64,000 bases of DNA from Thermodesulfobacteriota bacterium (GTDB lineage Bacteria > Desulfobacterota > UBA8473), in NCBI GenBank assembly GCA_034189035.1, contig JAXHVA010000005.1, positions 24,628 to 88,627 on the forward strand, read 5' to 3'. Every line of letters starts with the position of its first letter. Position 1 is the first letter of the stretch. This document shows positions 9,567-18,984 of the stretch, one piece after another. The notes under the pieces were generated by a model, which was not told the DNA's origin, did no database searches, and saw only the letters and a program-made list of their open reading frames with translations. Both the position numbers and the translations under genes were made by a program.

Positions 9567-11654
9567 TTAAAGCATTTTTCTTTCTATACTTAAATCACGT
9601 TTTTCCCCAATAAAATATATCGTATCCAGTGTACTAAAAGCGGTTTTCGCAGGAACTGTCTTCAGAAACAATTCAAGGTAATTCTCAGATAGAAAATTCT
9701 TTATGATGCTTTCAGAAATACGAAGCGGATGACCAGTATCGTATACTTTATGAACAAGTTCATCAATCATATGGTCGGCTATAAGTTTGTCATGAAAAAT
9801 AATAATTCCTTTAGGTGCTGTAATAGATAGAATGTGTTCGAATATCTTCGACACAGAAAAACAATGTTCAAGGACATTGATTACCACTACCAAATCAAAT
9901 TGTTCCTCAGGTAGATATTCCTCAACTGGAAGGGCTATAGTCTCGACCTTCTTCCCAAACCATCTTCCCAGTCTTTTTCCCTTGTATGTACAATATGGAT
10001 GTTTCAGATAATCTTCTATGAGGGGATCCAGCAATGCAACCTTCTCACAGTGAATCTGTTTGATAATATGTTGCATGTTAGTAAATGGCCCACATCCGAG
10101 CTCTATGCTATTTCTAAAATACCTCCCTTTAATTGCCAGGTAATTTTCAAATCCCTCTTTATGCGTCTTGTTCCGATCTTCCCGTCTATTCAGTCCTCCA
10201 GCTTCCATCCAGGATCGCCTTTCATAACGCTGAGCATTTTCCCAACGAAGCTGATTTACTTCCACTATTCCCTGCCCTTCTTTAAAATAAAGTAAATCGT
10301 TGTCTTTTTTAAGGGTGTGGATTGCTTCTTCAAAATAGACAACATTATGATGTTCATCAACGAACATAGGATTGATGATCGTTCGATTCGAACGATCAGA
10401 CTGTATAGACTTTGAGTAGGATATGATATCCAAAAGTGCATTTTTCATGTTTTTATGAAAAACAGCCTCAGAAAAATCTCTCTTTACGGTTTCACGTGCT
10501 TTAATAGACAACTCTTTACACTTTAAGGGATTCAACCCACTTAGTTTTCGTACAACTGTTTTGATCTCACCAATTGTGCATGGCTCAAGTATTTCACCGT
10601 ATTGAATCACATTAAGACCGCATGGCAAACTCACTATTGGAATTACCCCCTGGTTCATACATTCTACTATAGAATGAGGTTGCCCCTCACTACAGGAGGG
10701 AAGAATGACAAAGTTACAGGTGTCCATTATTTTGTAAAAAGTATCCGAACGAGGTAAGATTGGCCCGACAAGGTGAATGTTTGGATAATTATACAACGCC
10801 TCTTTATATACTTCCTCGAATTCCTTATCAATATATGAACAAATCCATAGATTTTGCTTGAGGTCTACAAAGGCATCTAATAGAAGATCAAGCCCCTTAT
10901 GAACATTCCCCTGTCCAGCAAAATAAAGAAAGTGTTCCTTTCCTTTTTCGAAATCTTTATCTTTTTGTTCGTAATGATTATCATACATCGCGTTAACATT
11001 GACCATAATAACAGGGGAAAAGTCCTTATAGGTTTTTCTAGAAAATTCACTTCCTATTCCGATTACACCATCTGCAATCAATAAGGCCTTTTCTTCAGCT
11101 GGGGTTTGCAACCTATCCGGTGGTAAACAAACACCCTTTCTCTCTTTAAGTGCCTCAAACCTCGCTGAGTTTGCCTTATTCCGAAATTCCCAGTAGTTCC
11201 CCGTTGTAAAGTATATTTTCAATGTGTTTTCATCTAAGTGATTGGATATGTTTTCAAAGTTAAATCCACCGTGGCCGATGAAGAGATTGTAGTTTTTCGA
11301 AGGAATAAACCTTTCATATCTATAGTCGATAATGTCTACGAGATATCCCAACTCGTTTAATATTCTAACGACTTCCTGAGCATGCCAAATATTAATGTGT
11401 CGATGAAAAGATGGATTGTCGTTCGATAGTGAAAAAGGGTGCACAATATAGGAAAACAATGCCCTTTTTTCTAATGGCTCAGGTTTCTCCAGTCGAAGAT
11501 CCAAGCTGTATATCGGTTTATGGGAAGCCTGGGTAATCCTCTTGATGATGCTATTTATAATCCGCCATATTTTGTGAAGAAATTCTATTTTTCGAGCTTT
11601 ACCTTTGATATAATTCAGCATTGTAGAATATTCCCTTTTCTTTTTATGTACCAA
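9567..11654 (-). CDS. bifunctional glycosyltransferase (GT4-like) / class I methyltransferase fusion
   Basis: 695-aa ORF. The central region has GT-B motifs (FLYFAGQGNVHKGLDLLLDAF..., ILPSCSEGQPHSIVECMNQGVIPIVS). The C-terminal ~200 aa carry SAM motifs (IELGCGPFTN, DLVVVINVLEHC). An alternative ATG at ~11621 overlaps the wzt stop as ATGCTGA, which would give translational coupling. Confidence 0.7.
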   Translation of the reverse strand: MVHKKKREYSTMLNYIKGKARKIEFLHKIWRIINSIIKRITQASHKPIYSLDLRLEKPEPLEKRALFSYIVHPFSLSNDNPSFHRHINIWHAQEVVRILNELGYLVDIIDYRYERFIPSKNYNLFIGHGGFNFENISNHLDENTLKIYFTTGNYWEFRNKANSARFEALKERKGVCLPPDRLQTPAEEKALLIADGVIGIGSEFSRKTYKDFSPVIMVNVNAMYDNHYEQKDKDFEKGKEHFLYFAGQGNVHKGLDLLLDAFVDLKQNLWICSYIDKEFEEVYKEALYNYPNIHLVGPILPRSDTFYKIMDTCNFVILPSCSEGQPHSIVECMNQGVIPIVSLPCGLNVIQYGEILEPCTIGEIKTVVRKLSGLNPLKCKELSIKARETVKRDFSEAVFHKNMKNALLDIISYSKSIQSDRSNRTIINPMFVDEHHNVVYFEEAIHTLKKDNDLLYFKEGQGIVEVNQLRWENAQRYERRSWMEAGGLNRREDRNKTHKEGFENYLAIKGRYFRNSIELGCGPFTNMQHIIKQIHCEKVALLDPLIEDYLKHPYCTYKGKRLGRWFGKKVETIALPVEEYLPEEQFDLVVVINVLEHCFSVSKIFEHILSITAPKGIIIFHDKLIADHMIDELVHKVYDTGHPLRISESIIKNFLSENYLELFLKTVPAKTAFSTLDTIYFIGEKRDLSIERKML

Positions 11655-12925
11655 TGTAAAACTGGTGAAATAACACCCCTGCGCCCTTGACCGATCTTTG
11701 TTGGCAGGCTATCAATATCTAATATGTCAAAAGCCAGTAAACTCGGTAAGTCAGCCAGTATTCTAACCAGAGGGATGCTTGCCCTTAGACTAATATAATA
11801 CCTGTTAGGCCTAAGCAGGTTATTTGGAATATGGCATTTTGTATAATACGTGCCTGGTTTTCGTATATCATCGATTGTTGATGGATTTTGATCCTTATCC
11901 GTGCTTGACAGAACACAAGTTCCACTGCTGTCCCAGACTTCTAAAATAATGACTAAACGTTTTATTGGTACAATAATCTCGTATTCGATTTCGATGTCGA
12001 CTCCTTGTTCCAAGGTTAACTGAGTAGTAACATCACTGCTTATCGGATTCAAAACACTTGCACATGAAAAAAAAAATTCTCCTGTTTTCCCTCCTTCTTG
12101 AGGTGTGAGAAAAACCTGGCCGATTGATTTCATCCCTTCTGCCAGATAATCAGTTACGACTTTCTCACTACTGTCAGAGTTGGCAACTTGTCCATTAACA
12201 AGCAAAATTGCGTGCTCACATAAATTTAAGACCGCGGGCATATTATGACTCACAAAAAGTACTGTCCGACCTTCTTTGGAGACATCTCCCATCTTTCCCA
12301 GACATTTCTTTTGAAACTGTGCGTCTCCCACAGCTAAAACTTCATCAACGAGCAGGACCTCTGGTTCGAGGTGTGCAGCTACGGCAAATGCCAATCTCAT
12401 ATACATCCCAGTGGAGTATCTCTTTACAGGTGTTTCAATGAATTTCGAAAGGTCAGCAAAAGCTACGATCTCATCGAATTTCCGTGTGACTTCCCACCTG
12501 TCCATCCCTAAAATAGCTCCGTAAAGGTAGATATTTTCATGGCCTGTAAGTTCCGGGTGAAATCCTGTGCCGACTTCTAATAGAGAACCCACACGACCTC
12601 TTAATTCAACCCTACCTTCAGTGGGTTCCGTAATCTTGGAGAGTATCTTTAATAATGTGCTCTTTCCAGCTCCGTTTTTCCCGATGATGCCAACGACTTG
12701 GCCTAGCTTCACTTTAAAAGAGACGTCCTTGAGTGCCCAAATGATATTGGTTTCATAGATTGAGTCGGTTTTGTTTTTTACGCTTTTGAATGCTGATTTT
12801 ATTTGTTTAAAGGGGGTCCTGGCTGCATCGACAAGGGTTTCCCTGAAGGTTTTGTAGCCTCCCTCTTTACTACCGATACGGTATTTTTTCGATAAGTTTT
12901 CGACTTTTATTACAGTGTCAGACAT
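11615..12925 (-). CDS. wzt: polysaccharide ABC exporter ATP-binding protein (Wzt-type) with C-terminal extension
   Basis: Walker A GKNGAGKST, signature YSTGM, Walker B LLVDE. About 190 extra C-terminal residues are predicted beta-rich and resemble a Wzt_C carbohydrate-binding domain. The start was trimmed to ATG 12925 (MSDTVIKVENL), which is preceded by GGGAGGAAGGAG with a 7-nt spacer. Confidence 0.85.
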   Translation of the reverse strand: MSDTVIKVENLSKKYRIGSKEGGYKTFRETLVDAARTPFKQIKSAFKSVKNKTDSIYETNIIWALKDVSFKVKLGQVVGIIGKNGAGKSTLLKILSKITEPTEGRVELRGRVGSLLEVGTGFHPELTGHENIYLYGAILGMDRWEVTRKFDEIVAFADLSKFIETPVKRYSTGMYMRLAFAVAAHLEPEVLLVDEVLAVGDAQFQKKCLGKMGDVSKEGRTVLFVSHNMPAVLNLCEHAILLVNGQVANSDSSEKVVTDYLAEGMKSIGQVFLTPQEGGKTGEFFFSCASVLNPISSDVTTQLTLEQGVDIEIEYEIIVPIKRLVIILEVWDSSGTCVLSSTDKDQNPSTIDDIRKPGTYYTKCHIPNNLLRPNRYYISLRASIPLVRILADLPSLLAFDILDIDSLPTKIGQGRRGVISPVLHWYIKRKGNILQC

Positions 12926-12963
12926 ATTCGTTCTCCTTCCTCCCTTAGTGTGTTTTTTTGTTC

Positions 12964-13797
12964 TCAAATTACGTCTGCAAATGCCTTTTCCATTCTACTG
13001 AAGTAGTAAAGGCCGCTTATGAATAGGAGAAAGATTATAGCGGTAGAAATACCAAGTAAAAACCAATCAACAGGCAAATATCCCAAAAGCGATGCCCGAT
13101 ACGCTTTTATTACACCTCCCATAGGATTTATTGCAAGAAGCCACTGGTATTTTTCCTTGACCATGCTTACAGGATAAATGACTGGGGAAATAAACATCCA
13201 TATTTGAACAAGAAAAGGGATTACATATCTTATGTCTCGATATTGTACATTAAGGGCTGAAAGCCATAGGCCAGCACCAACAGCACAGATAAAGGTCAAC
13301 AAGAGTAAAACAGGAAAGAGGAGAAGATTAAAGCTAGGCACGAATTGATAGTATATCATCATGCCTCCTAAAACGAGCATAGCGATAAAAAAATCAAGTA
13401 AACCCGCCAGTGACGCAGAGGCAGGCACGATTAATCGGGGAAAATAAACCTTGGTGATGAGATTTGCGTTTCCTACCAGGCTATTCCCTGAAGCAGATAT
13501 GGAATTGGCAAAATAAGTCCATGGGACCAGGCCTGCATAGACAAAAATAGGATAAGGCACACCATCAGAAGGCATTTTTGCCAGTCGTCCGAAAAAAAAT
13601 GTGAACACAACCATCGCGAAAACAGGCTGGATGATAGCCCACAGGCCGCCAAGAACCGTCTGTTTGTATCGCACCTTGATATCTCTTTTGGTCAAGAAAT
13701 AAAGCAATTCACGATAATTCCAAAGCTCCTTCAAATCGAGAGGAGTCCATCCTTTACTGGGTTCGATAATATTTAATGATGCTTTTGAATTATTCAT
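12964..13797 (-). CDS. wzm: polysaccharide ABC exporter permease (Wzm-type, ABC-2)
   Basis: 277-aa polytopic ORF. The N-terminus ELWNYRELLYFLTKRDIKVRYKQTVLGGLWAIIQP is the hallmark ABC-2 (Wzm/TagG/KpsM) motif. Confidence 0.85.
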   Translation of the reverse strand: MNNSKASLNIIEPSKGWTPLDLKELWNYRELLYFLTKRDIKVRYKQTVLGGLWAIIQPVFAMVVFTFFFGRLAKMPSDGVPYPIFVYAGLVPWTYFANSISASGNSLVGNANLITKVYFPRLIVPASASLAGLLDFFIAMLVLGGMMIYYQFVPSFNLLLFPVLLLLTFICAVGAGLWLSALNVQYRDIRYVIPFLVQIWMFISPVIYPVSMVKEKYQWLLAINPMGGVIKAYRASLLGYLPVDWFLLGISTAIIFLLFISGLYYFSRMEKAFADVI

Positions 13798-13842
13798 ATT
13801 ACCTTCACATATCTTTACTTTTTCAAGTCGTATTCAATCCTT

Positions 13843-15243
13843 TTATCCGCTTATTTCTTTTGATATTTTCTCTTTTTCCTCGAGTTCGATAAGTGGCAGC
13901 ATGATAACAATACCTGCAAAAAACCAGAAAGGTTCCATTATACGAACAATTATAAAAGTATTACACCCTACTGCATGACCCAACATGCTCACCAAACATA
14001 CTAAAAATCCTAAGCTCAATCCCTTGTAAAAGGGATCATTTGTATTACGGTATGTTTTAAGAACCGCACTGAACAGTGCATGGATCAACCAAATGAAAGT
14101 GGCAAGCCCCAAAACCCCACTTTCAATAAGAACCCGTGGGTATTGTGCATCGACAAAATGATATCCTGTAACCCCATAACCCAAAAAAGGGTGTTTTATC
14201 CAATCTTTTGTGATGATATCTTTCCAGGTAGTGATTCGAGCAGATGTTGAAGTATCTAACCTGGTACCAGCAATTTCTATTTGTCCGCGTTGTTCACTCT
14301 GGGTAAATGTATATGATATCCTATCCTTAACAACAGAAGGGAGGAATAAAGCACCGAAAGCGAATAATGAGATTAAGATTAAAGTTAAGCCTGTCTTCTT
14401 ATCGCTCAAGATTAAAAGTGTAATCAACATAGGAATTACGGCGACATATGATCCCCTTGACTGCGTATAAAGAAAAGGAACGATTATCAAAAGACAAAGA
14501 GAAGTCAGGAGGAACTTTTCTCTGATCGATACTGTATTTAAAAACAGCCCAGCTGCCATTGATAAGATTAATATAAGGTACCCACCAAGTGTGTTGGGCT
14601 CTCCAACCCTTCCTTCAAAAGGTGCGCTTACTCTTCCACCTGAGGGTATCTGGAATATTCCTATAATAGAGACAATCGCAGCAGTAACAAATAAAGCGAT
14701 GATCCAGTTTCTTATCTGTTTTCGGCTTCTGATATTGTTCACTACCATGAAATAAACAATAAAGTACTCAAAATACTTTAAGAGAAAGAAGAAACCTGTC
14801 TTTGGCTGTACCCTTCCAAAGAGAACTCCTAAAGAAGTCGAAACTAGGGAGATAATAATGAAATACGCAATGGGTTTGTTTAAAGTGGTCTTAAGGAATA
14901 GACCCAACTCTTTATAGATAGCAGTCCTTGCAAACCAGCTAAAACCAATTATCAATAATAAGATATCATCCAATCTAACGGTTATACCGCGTCCCCCTGT
15001 AGCTTTTCCTGTAAGCTGGCTAATTAAGAACTCAGGACTTAATAACATCGAGAAGATAAGGAGATACAGCGCAATTTCAATACTTACAAAGCTAATGATA
15101 AATATTGAAAACCCTGCCCCAACTGCTAAGGCTACAGTTGGGCTGACCTCCGCTATACAAAAGCCTAAAAAGAGAGAGAACAAGACGAGCCCCAAAAACA
15201 ACACGATTGATTGGCGGTCAAGGCCTGATAAACTATAGGACAT
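13843..15243 (-). CDS. O-antigen ligase / Wzy_C-domain polytopic membrane protein
   Basis: 466-aa, highly hydrophobic ORF. The central loop YTQSRGSYVAV... is typical of the Wzy_C (O-antigen ligase/polymerase) family. Confidence 0.65.
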   Translation of the reverse strand: MSYSLSGLDRQSIVLFLGLVLFSLFLGFCIAEVSPTVALAVGAGFSIFIISFVSIEIALYLLIFSMLLSPEFLISQLTGKATGGRGITVRLDDILLLIIGFSWFARTAIYKELGLFLKTTLNKPIAYFIIISLVSTSLGVLFGRVQPKTGFFFLLKYFEYFIVYFMVVNNIRSRKQIRNWIIALFVTAAIVSIIGIFQIPSGGRVSAPFEGRVGEPNTLGGYLILILSMAAGLFLNTVSIREKFLLTSLCLLIIVPFLYTQSRGSYVAVIPMLITLLILSDKKTGLTLILISLFAFGALFLPSVVKDRISYTFTQSEQRGQIEIAGTRLDTSTSARITTWKDIITKDWIKHPFLGYGVTGYHFVDAQYPRVLIESGVLGLATFIWLIHALFSAVLKTYRNTNDPFYKGLSLGFLVCLVSMLGHAVGCNTFIIVRIMEPFWFFAGIVIMLPLIELEEKEKISKEISG

Positions 15244-15263
15244 AAAAGGAGCACCTTTTTCTT

Positions 15264-17501
15264 TCAGTCTTGCCTTTTCTTAATCAATTTACGAAACAGA
15301 CGATTTAGGGTATCCCATATATTCGTAGCAGATGGGGTATTTTTCTCTTCTCCTCCATAGGCGTAATAACTCCCGCAACTAAATTCCATATACCCTGGAC
15401 TTATTTCTGTCTGTAACTTATTTAATATTACTCCCAATACATTTGCATTAGTGTTATCCAACTGAACCTTGGTACGCCTTAAAGCTCCTCGAGCAATCTG
15501 CCCTACATGATAGACGATAATTGTCCCATCTAATTTTGAAGCCAAGATAGGAGCATCTGCAGTAGCTAGTGTAGGAGTCGAGTCAAAAAGGATCGTATCA
15601 TAGCTCTCTCTTGCTTGAGAGATAAAGTCGTCCATCTTTTTTGAAGATAGTAGCTCTGAGGGATTTGGAGGGATACTCCCGCTCGTAAATATATTGAGAT
15701 TGTCAATGCCCGGTGTCTGGATAAACTCTTCAATTCCCATTGCCCCAGTCATGAAATCAACTGATGTTCTAACGATACTCTGCCATTCCTGATTACCCAT
15801 GATATAATCTGTCAGACCCGGCGCTTTATTTATCCCAAAAATCTTTGAGACCATTGGTTTTCTTAAGTCAGATTCAACCAGAAGTACTCTTTTCCCAGAT
15901 TGGGCCATTGCAACAGCAAGGTTGACCACAGTAGTAGTCTTTCCTTCCAAAGGTGAAGAGCTTGTAAGCAATATTGTTTTTACTTCATTTTCAAAATTCG
16001 CAAAATGAATGTTTGTCCGTAGCTTCCTGTAACTCTCTGCAAGAACGGACTCAGGAGCAAAATGGATCATCATACGTGATTTTCGTTTTAAAGCCTCTTC
16101 ATTTTGGTCAGGATACCTTTTTTTCAGCTCATCTTTTATATCATCAAATGCAGCATGAGGAATTATCCCCAAAACGGGGACTTCTAGAAAAGCTTCTACA
16201 TCTTCTATCGCGCCAATGGAGGTGTCCAAGGTCTCAAATATAAAAGCCAATACTAAGCCGAGTATAGCCCCTATAAGGATGCCTATAAAGGATGTTGAAA
16301 AAACATTCGTAGGATTTATAGGGGTTGTTGGCTCTATGGCAGGTTTTACTATTTTTACTTCTTCTATTTTTTCGGCCTCTTTTATCATGGCCTCCTGATG
16401 CTTCGATTCTAAAAGAGAAAATATCTCGGCTTTTACCTTTACATCGTGCTCTAATCGAGATAAAATTAATCCTTTTTCAGGGAGTGCTTCGAATTTCTCT
16501 TTAAGTCGATCGATACTTGCTTTCAGATTGGACTCTCGCTTTTCAAGGGTTTGCTTTTGTGCTGAAAGCTCAGCGATCATATTCAGGACTGTTTCGTCGA
16601 TCCTTATACTTACCTTCTTTACTTCAGGATGATTCTCCGTAAATTTAAGCAATAGAGCGTCTCTTTCCAGATTGAGATCAACGAGTTCACTGTTTAATCT
16701 AGCAAATATAGGGCTTACCCTGTCAGCGAATATCCCCTTTATTTCCTTCTTGTTTATTACCTTATCTCTTTCTAGCCGTTTCAAGACCGATGTAATTTCT
16801 TCTATGTTCTGCTTTAGGTCTCCATATTCTAACTCAACCTTAGTCAACTGGTCTAATACAACTCTGGTTTCACTGTCGATTGAGATCAGCTTGTTTTTTT
16901 CTCTAAATTCCCTTACCTTTTCTTCACATTTTTTTAGGTCCTCTTTTGCAAGTTTCAATTGCTGCTCTATAAATTGCTTTGCTTCGCGAATACGTCTGTT
17001 GTTCTCCTCAATATTCTTCTCTCTATATACTTCTGCTACAGTATTCGCCAGTCGCTGGACCAGTTTGGGGTCATTTGATGTTACATTAATATTTATTATG
17101 TTTGAAAAACCTTCCCGCTGGGTCTGTATCATACCTTTAAGGCTAAGAACCGTATTGAGATACTTACTGTTTTGGCGAATCTCTTCAGAGGAGAGGTTCT
17201 TATCTAAAAAATCGATCCTCCTTGCTACTTCCTCTATTATAGGATAACTTCTGATAACAATCGCCTGTGTCTCTAATTTATCTGCTGCACTCCATGATAA
17301 TGCTTCCACATACAAGCCTGTAAGCGTTGAACTCTGTTCAATCTTTACACTTGAAGAGGCCTTGTATAAAGGAGTTGGACTTTGTAAGATGGCAAAGAAA
17401 GAGCTGAAAATACCCAGAAGCAAAGTTGTGACGACAACCACGTTCTTTCTTTTTCGTAATATCCGCCAATAGTCTCGTAATGTTATATCATAAGGCGTCA
17501 T
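15264..17501 (-). CDS. polysaccharide co-polymerase fused to BY-kinase (Wzc-like tyrosine autokinase)
   Basis: 745-aa ORF. It has an N-terminal TM segment plus a long coiled periplasmic region and a second TM. The kinase domain carries Walker A SSPLEGKTTT, A' LLVESDLRKP and B ILFDSTP, with a C-terminal Tyr cluster GSYYAYGGEE. Confidence 0.85.
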   Translation of the reverse strand: MTPYDITLRDYWRILRKRKNVVVVTTLLLGIFSSFFAILQSPTPLYKASSSVKIEQSSTLTGLYVEALSWSAADKLETQAIVIRSYPIIEEVARRIDFLDKNLSSEEIRQNSKYLNTVLSLKGMIQTQREGFSNIININVTSNDPKLVQRLANTVAEVYREKNIEENNRRIREAKQFIEQQLKLAKEDLKKCEEKVREFREKNKLISIDSETRVVLDQLTKVELEYGDLKQNIEEITSVLKRLERDKVINKKEIKGIFADRVSPIFARLNSELVDLNLERDALLLKFTENHPEVKKVSIRIDETVLNMIAELSAQKQTLEKRESNLKASIDRLKEKFEALPEKGLILSRLEHDVKVKAEIFSLLESKHQEAMIKEAEKIEEVKIVKPAIEPTTPINPTNVFSTSFIGILIGAILGLVLAFIFETLDTSIGAIEDVEAFLEVPVLGIIPHAAFDDIKDELKKRYPDQNEEALKRKSRMMIHFAPESVLAESYRKLRTNIHFANFENEVKTILLTSSSPLEGKTTTVVNLAVAMAQSGKRVLLVESDLRKPMVSKIFGINKAPGLTDYIMGNQEWQSIVRTSVDFMTGAMGIEEFIQTPGIDNLNIFTSGSIPPNPSELLSSKKMDDFISQARESYDTILFDSTPTLATADAPILASKLDGTIIVYHVGQIARGALRRTKVQLDNTNANVLGVILNKLQTEISPGYMEFSCGSYYAYGGEEKNTPSATNIWDTLNRLFRKLIKKRQD

Positions 17502-17542
17502 TTAAAGGCTCCACAGTGGGGGTTTATAACTGACAATGCATA

Positions 17543-18700
17543 TTAAGGAGTCCCTGTATCAATGCGTAGTCCTCCTCCTGTCGTATACATATCTCGAAAC
17601 TGTCCAGGGTATAATAAAAGGTCAAGTATTGGAGTTAATTTTGAAAAATAGTAATTCAAGTTGCTAATGAAGTTTCTGGGTACATACACGACATCTCCAC
17701 TTTTGAGAGATATATTCTGGTTAAAATCACCTTTACTAAGAAAATCATTGAGGTTTGAAACGAGTATCTCAGGTTCGATAGGGTATCCCCTGATTATCAA
17801 TATGTTCTTCTTTACCGCATCATAGGTACATCCCCCTGCCATTGAAATAACGGTTATGAGGTCGATTTCATGTTTAAATGAATATGCCCCAGGGCCTTTT
17901 ATCTCTCCCAGCACAAAAACCTTATCTTTGGTTGTCGGCAATTCGGGTATGATCACTACGTCTCCTGAATCAAGGATAATATTTTGGGATATATCTCCTT
18001 CGAACATCGCCTTATAGAGATTTAAAATATAAGTTTTTCCGTTTCGAATCAGTCTTGCCCTCTTTAAGTCGGCTTCGGTTGTTGCTCCACCTGCTCTAAT
18101 GAGTAAATCCAATAAGGTAGTCTTACCTTGTAATGGATAACTCCCTGGTCCTGAAGAGATATATTGATTTGGCAAAACTTGGACTTCTCCAAGCAGTGAG
18201 GCCCTTTTACTATTAAACCCCTTTATCAGGACATCCACCCTTGGATTTTTGACAAACCTAGTCAATTTTTCAGTAATTGCCTTATCTACTTGTCTTGCAG
18301 TGAGTCCAACAACACGAACATTCTCTAAAAAAGAGACGGATATGTTGCCATCTGAACGCACAGTCATTTCGTATTTTACCTCTTTCGTATCTTCCCAAAG
18401 AGAAATTTCCAACACATCTTTAGGTCCAATAATATACTCAGATTCTTGAAATTCTTCGGTAAAGACCGAATTCTTTTTAACTTGGCTCATCCTTATTAGT
18501 TCTTCTTCCATTGTATCGATTTCAGACTTCATCAAACTCACCTTTTCCCTCTTCAGCGGTTCGATTTTCCTTTTTGGTACAGGATCGGGACCAGTTGCAC
18601 ATCCCAAACACAAGAATAGTAAAAGCATTCCTGCTAGAAAATATCTTTGTTTAATGTCACACCTAAAAAGCCATAAAAGTGACCTCTTGTGAAAAATCAT
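17543..18700 (-). CDS. outer-membrane polysaccharide export protein (Wza/OPX family lipoprotein)
   Basis: 385-aa ORF. Lipobox LCLGC, a Poly_export motif region (YIIGPKDVLEISLWED) and repeated SLBB-like segments (GDVVIIPE, GDVVYVP). Confidence 0.85.
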   Translation of the reverse strand: MIFHKRSLLWLFRCDIKQRYFLAGMLLLFLCLGCATGPDPVPKRKIEPLKREKVSLMKSEIDTMEEELIRMSQVKKNSVFTEEFQESEYIIGPKDVLEISLWEDTKEVKYEMTVRSDGNISVSFLENVRVVGLTARQVDKAITEKLTRFVKNPRVDVLIKGFNSKRASLLGEVQVLPNQYISSGPGSYPLQGKTTLLDLLIRAGGATTEADLKRARLIRNGKTYILNLYKAMFEGDISQNIILDSGDVVIIPELPTTKDKVFVLGEIKGPGAYSFKHEIDLITVISMAGGCTYDAVKKNILIIRGYPIEPEILVSNLNDFLSKGDFNQNISLKSGDVVYVPRNFISNLNYYFSKLTPILDLLLYPGQFRDMYTTGGGLRIDTGTP

Positions 18701-18733
18701 TTTTAATACCCCTTCTTCTTATACATATGCAAG

Positions 18734-18904
18734 CTAGGTTGATCTCTTTTCATCTGAAGATTGCCCTTTTTGAAGGTCACATTCAATAAGCCACTCCTCA
18801 ATCAACTTGACGATTACACCTTTCATCGTTTGATTATTCTCTGTAGCCTTTAATTTAAAAGCATATTTGAGTTCATCAGAAATATCAACGATTAGTTTTG
18901 CCAT
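18734..18904 (-). CDS. small ribbon-helix-helix (CopG/Arc-like) protein, possible locus regulator
   Basis: Starts at ATG 18904 (MAKLIVDISDELKYAFKLKATENNQTMKGVIVKLIEEWL...), preceded by GGAG with a 7-nt spacer. The beta-strand/helix/helix pattern resembles RHH DNA binders. It is the first gene of the export operon. The call rests on pattern only. Confidence 0.45.
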   Translation of the reverse strand: MAKLIVDISDELKYAFKLKATENNQTMKGVIVKLIEEWLIECDLQKGQSSDEKRST

Positions 18905-18960
18905 AATAAACTCCAATTTTTTAAGATAAAATCAATAGGTAATTCATTACGTGATTTGAT

Positions 18961-18984
18961 ATAAATTATAAAGATATAATTTAT
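18961..18984. promoter_or_regulatory. 10-bp inverted repeat ATAAATTATA-N4-TATAATTTAT flanked by direct ATTACGT repeats (candidate operator)
   Basis: Read directly in the 190-nt divergent intergenic region between the RHH ORF and the radical SAM gene. ATTACGT occurs at ~18946-18952 and ~18983-18989. The arms contain TATAAT on both strands. The AT-rich context raises the chance expectation. Confidence 0.3.

Noticed and set aside
16672-17247. 191-aa plus-strand ORF inside the Wzc-like gene
   Set aside because: It is a low-complexity Ser/Phe/Leu-rich translation antisense to a well-supported coiled-coil coding region. This is a typical shadow ORF of an AT-rich, Lys/Glu-rich gene.
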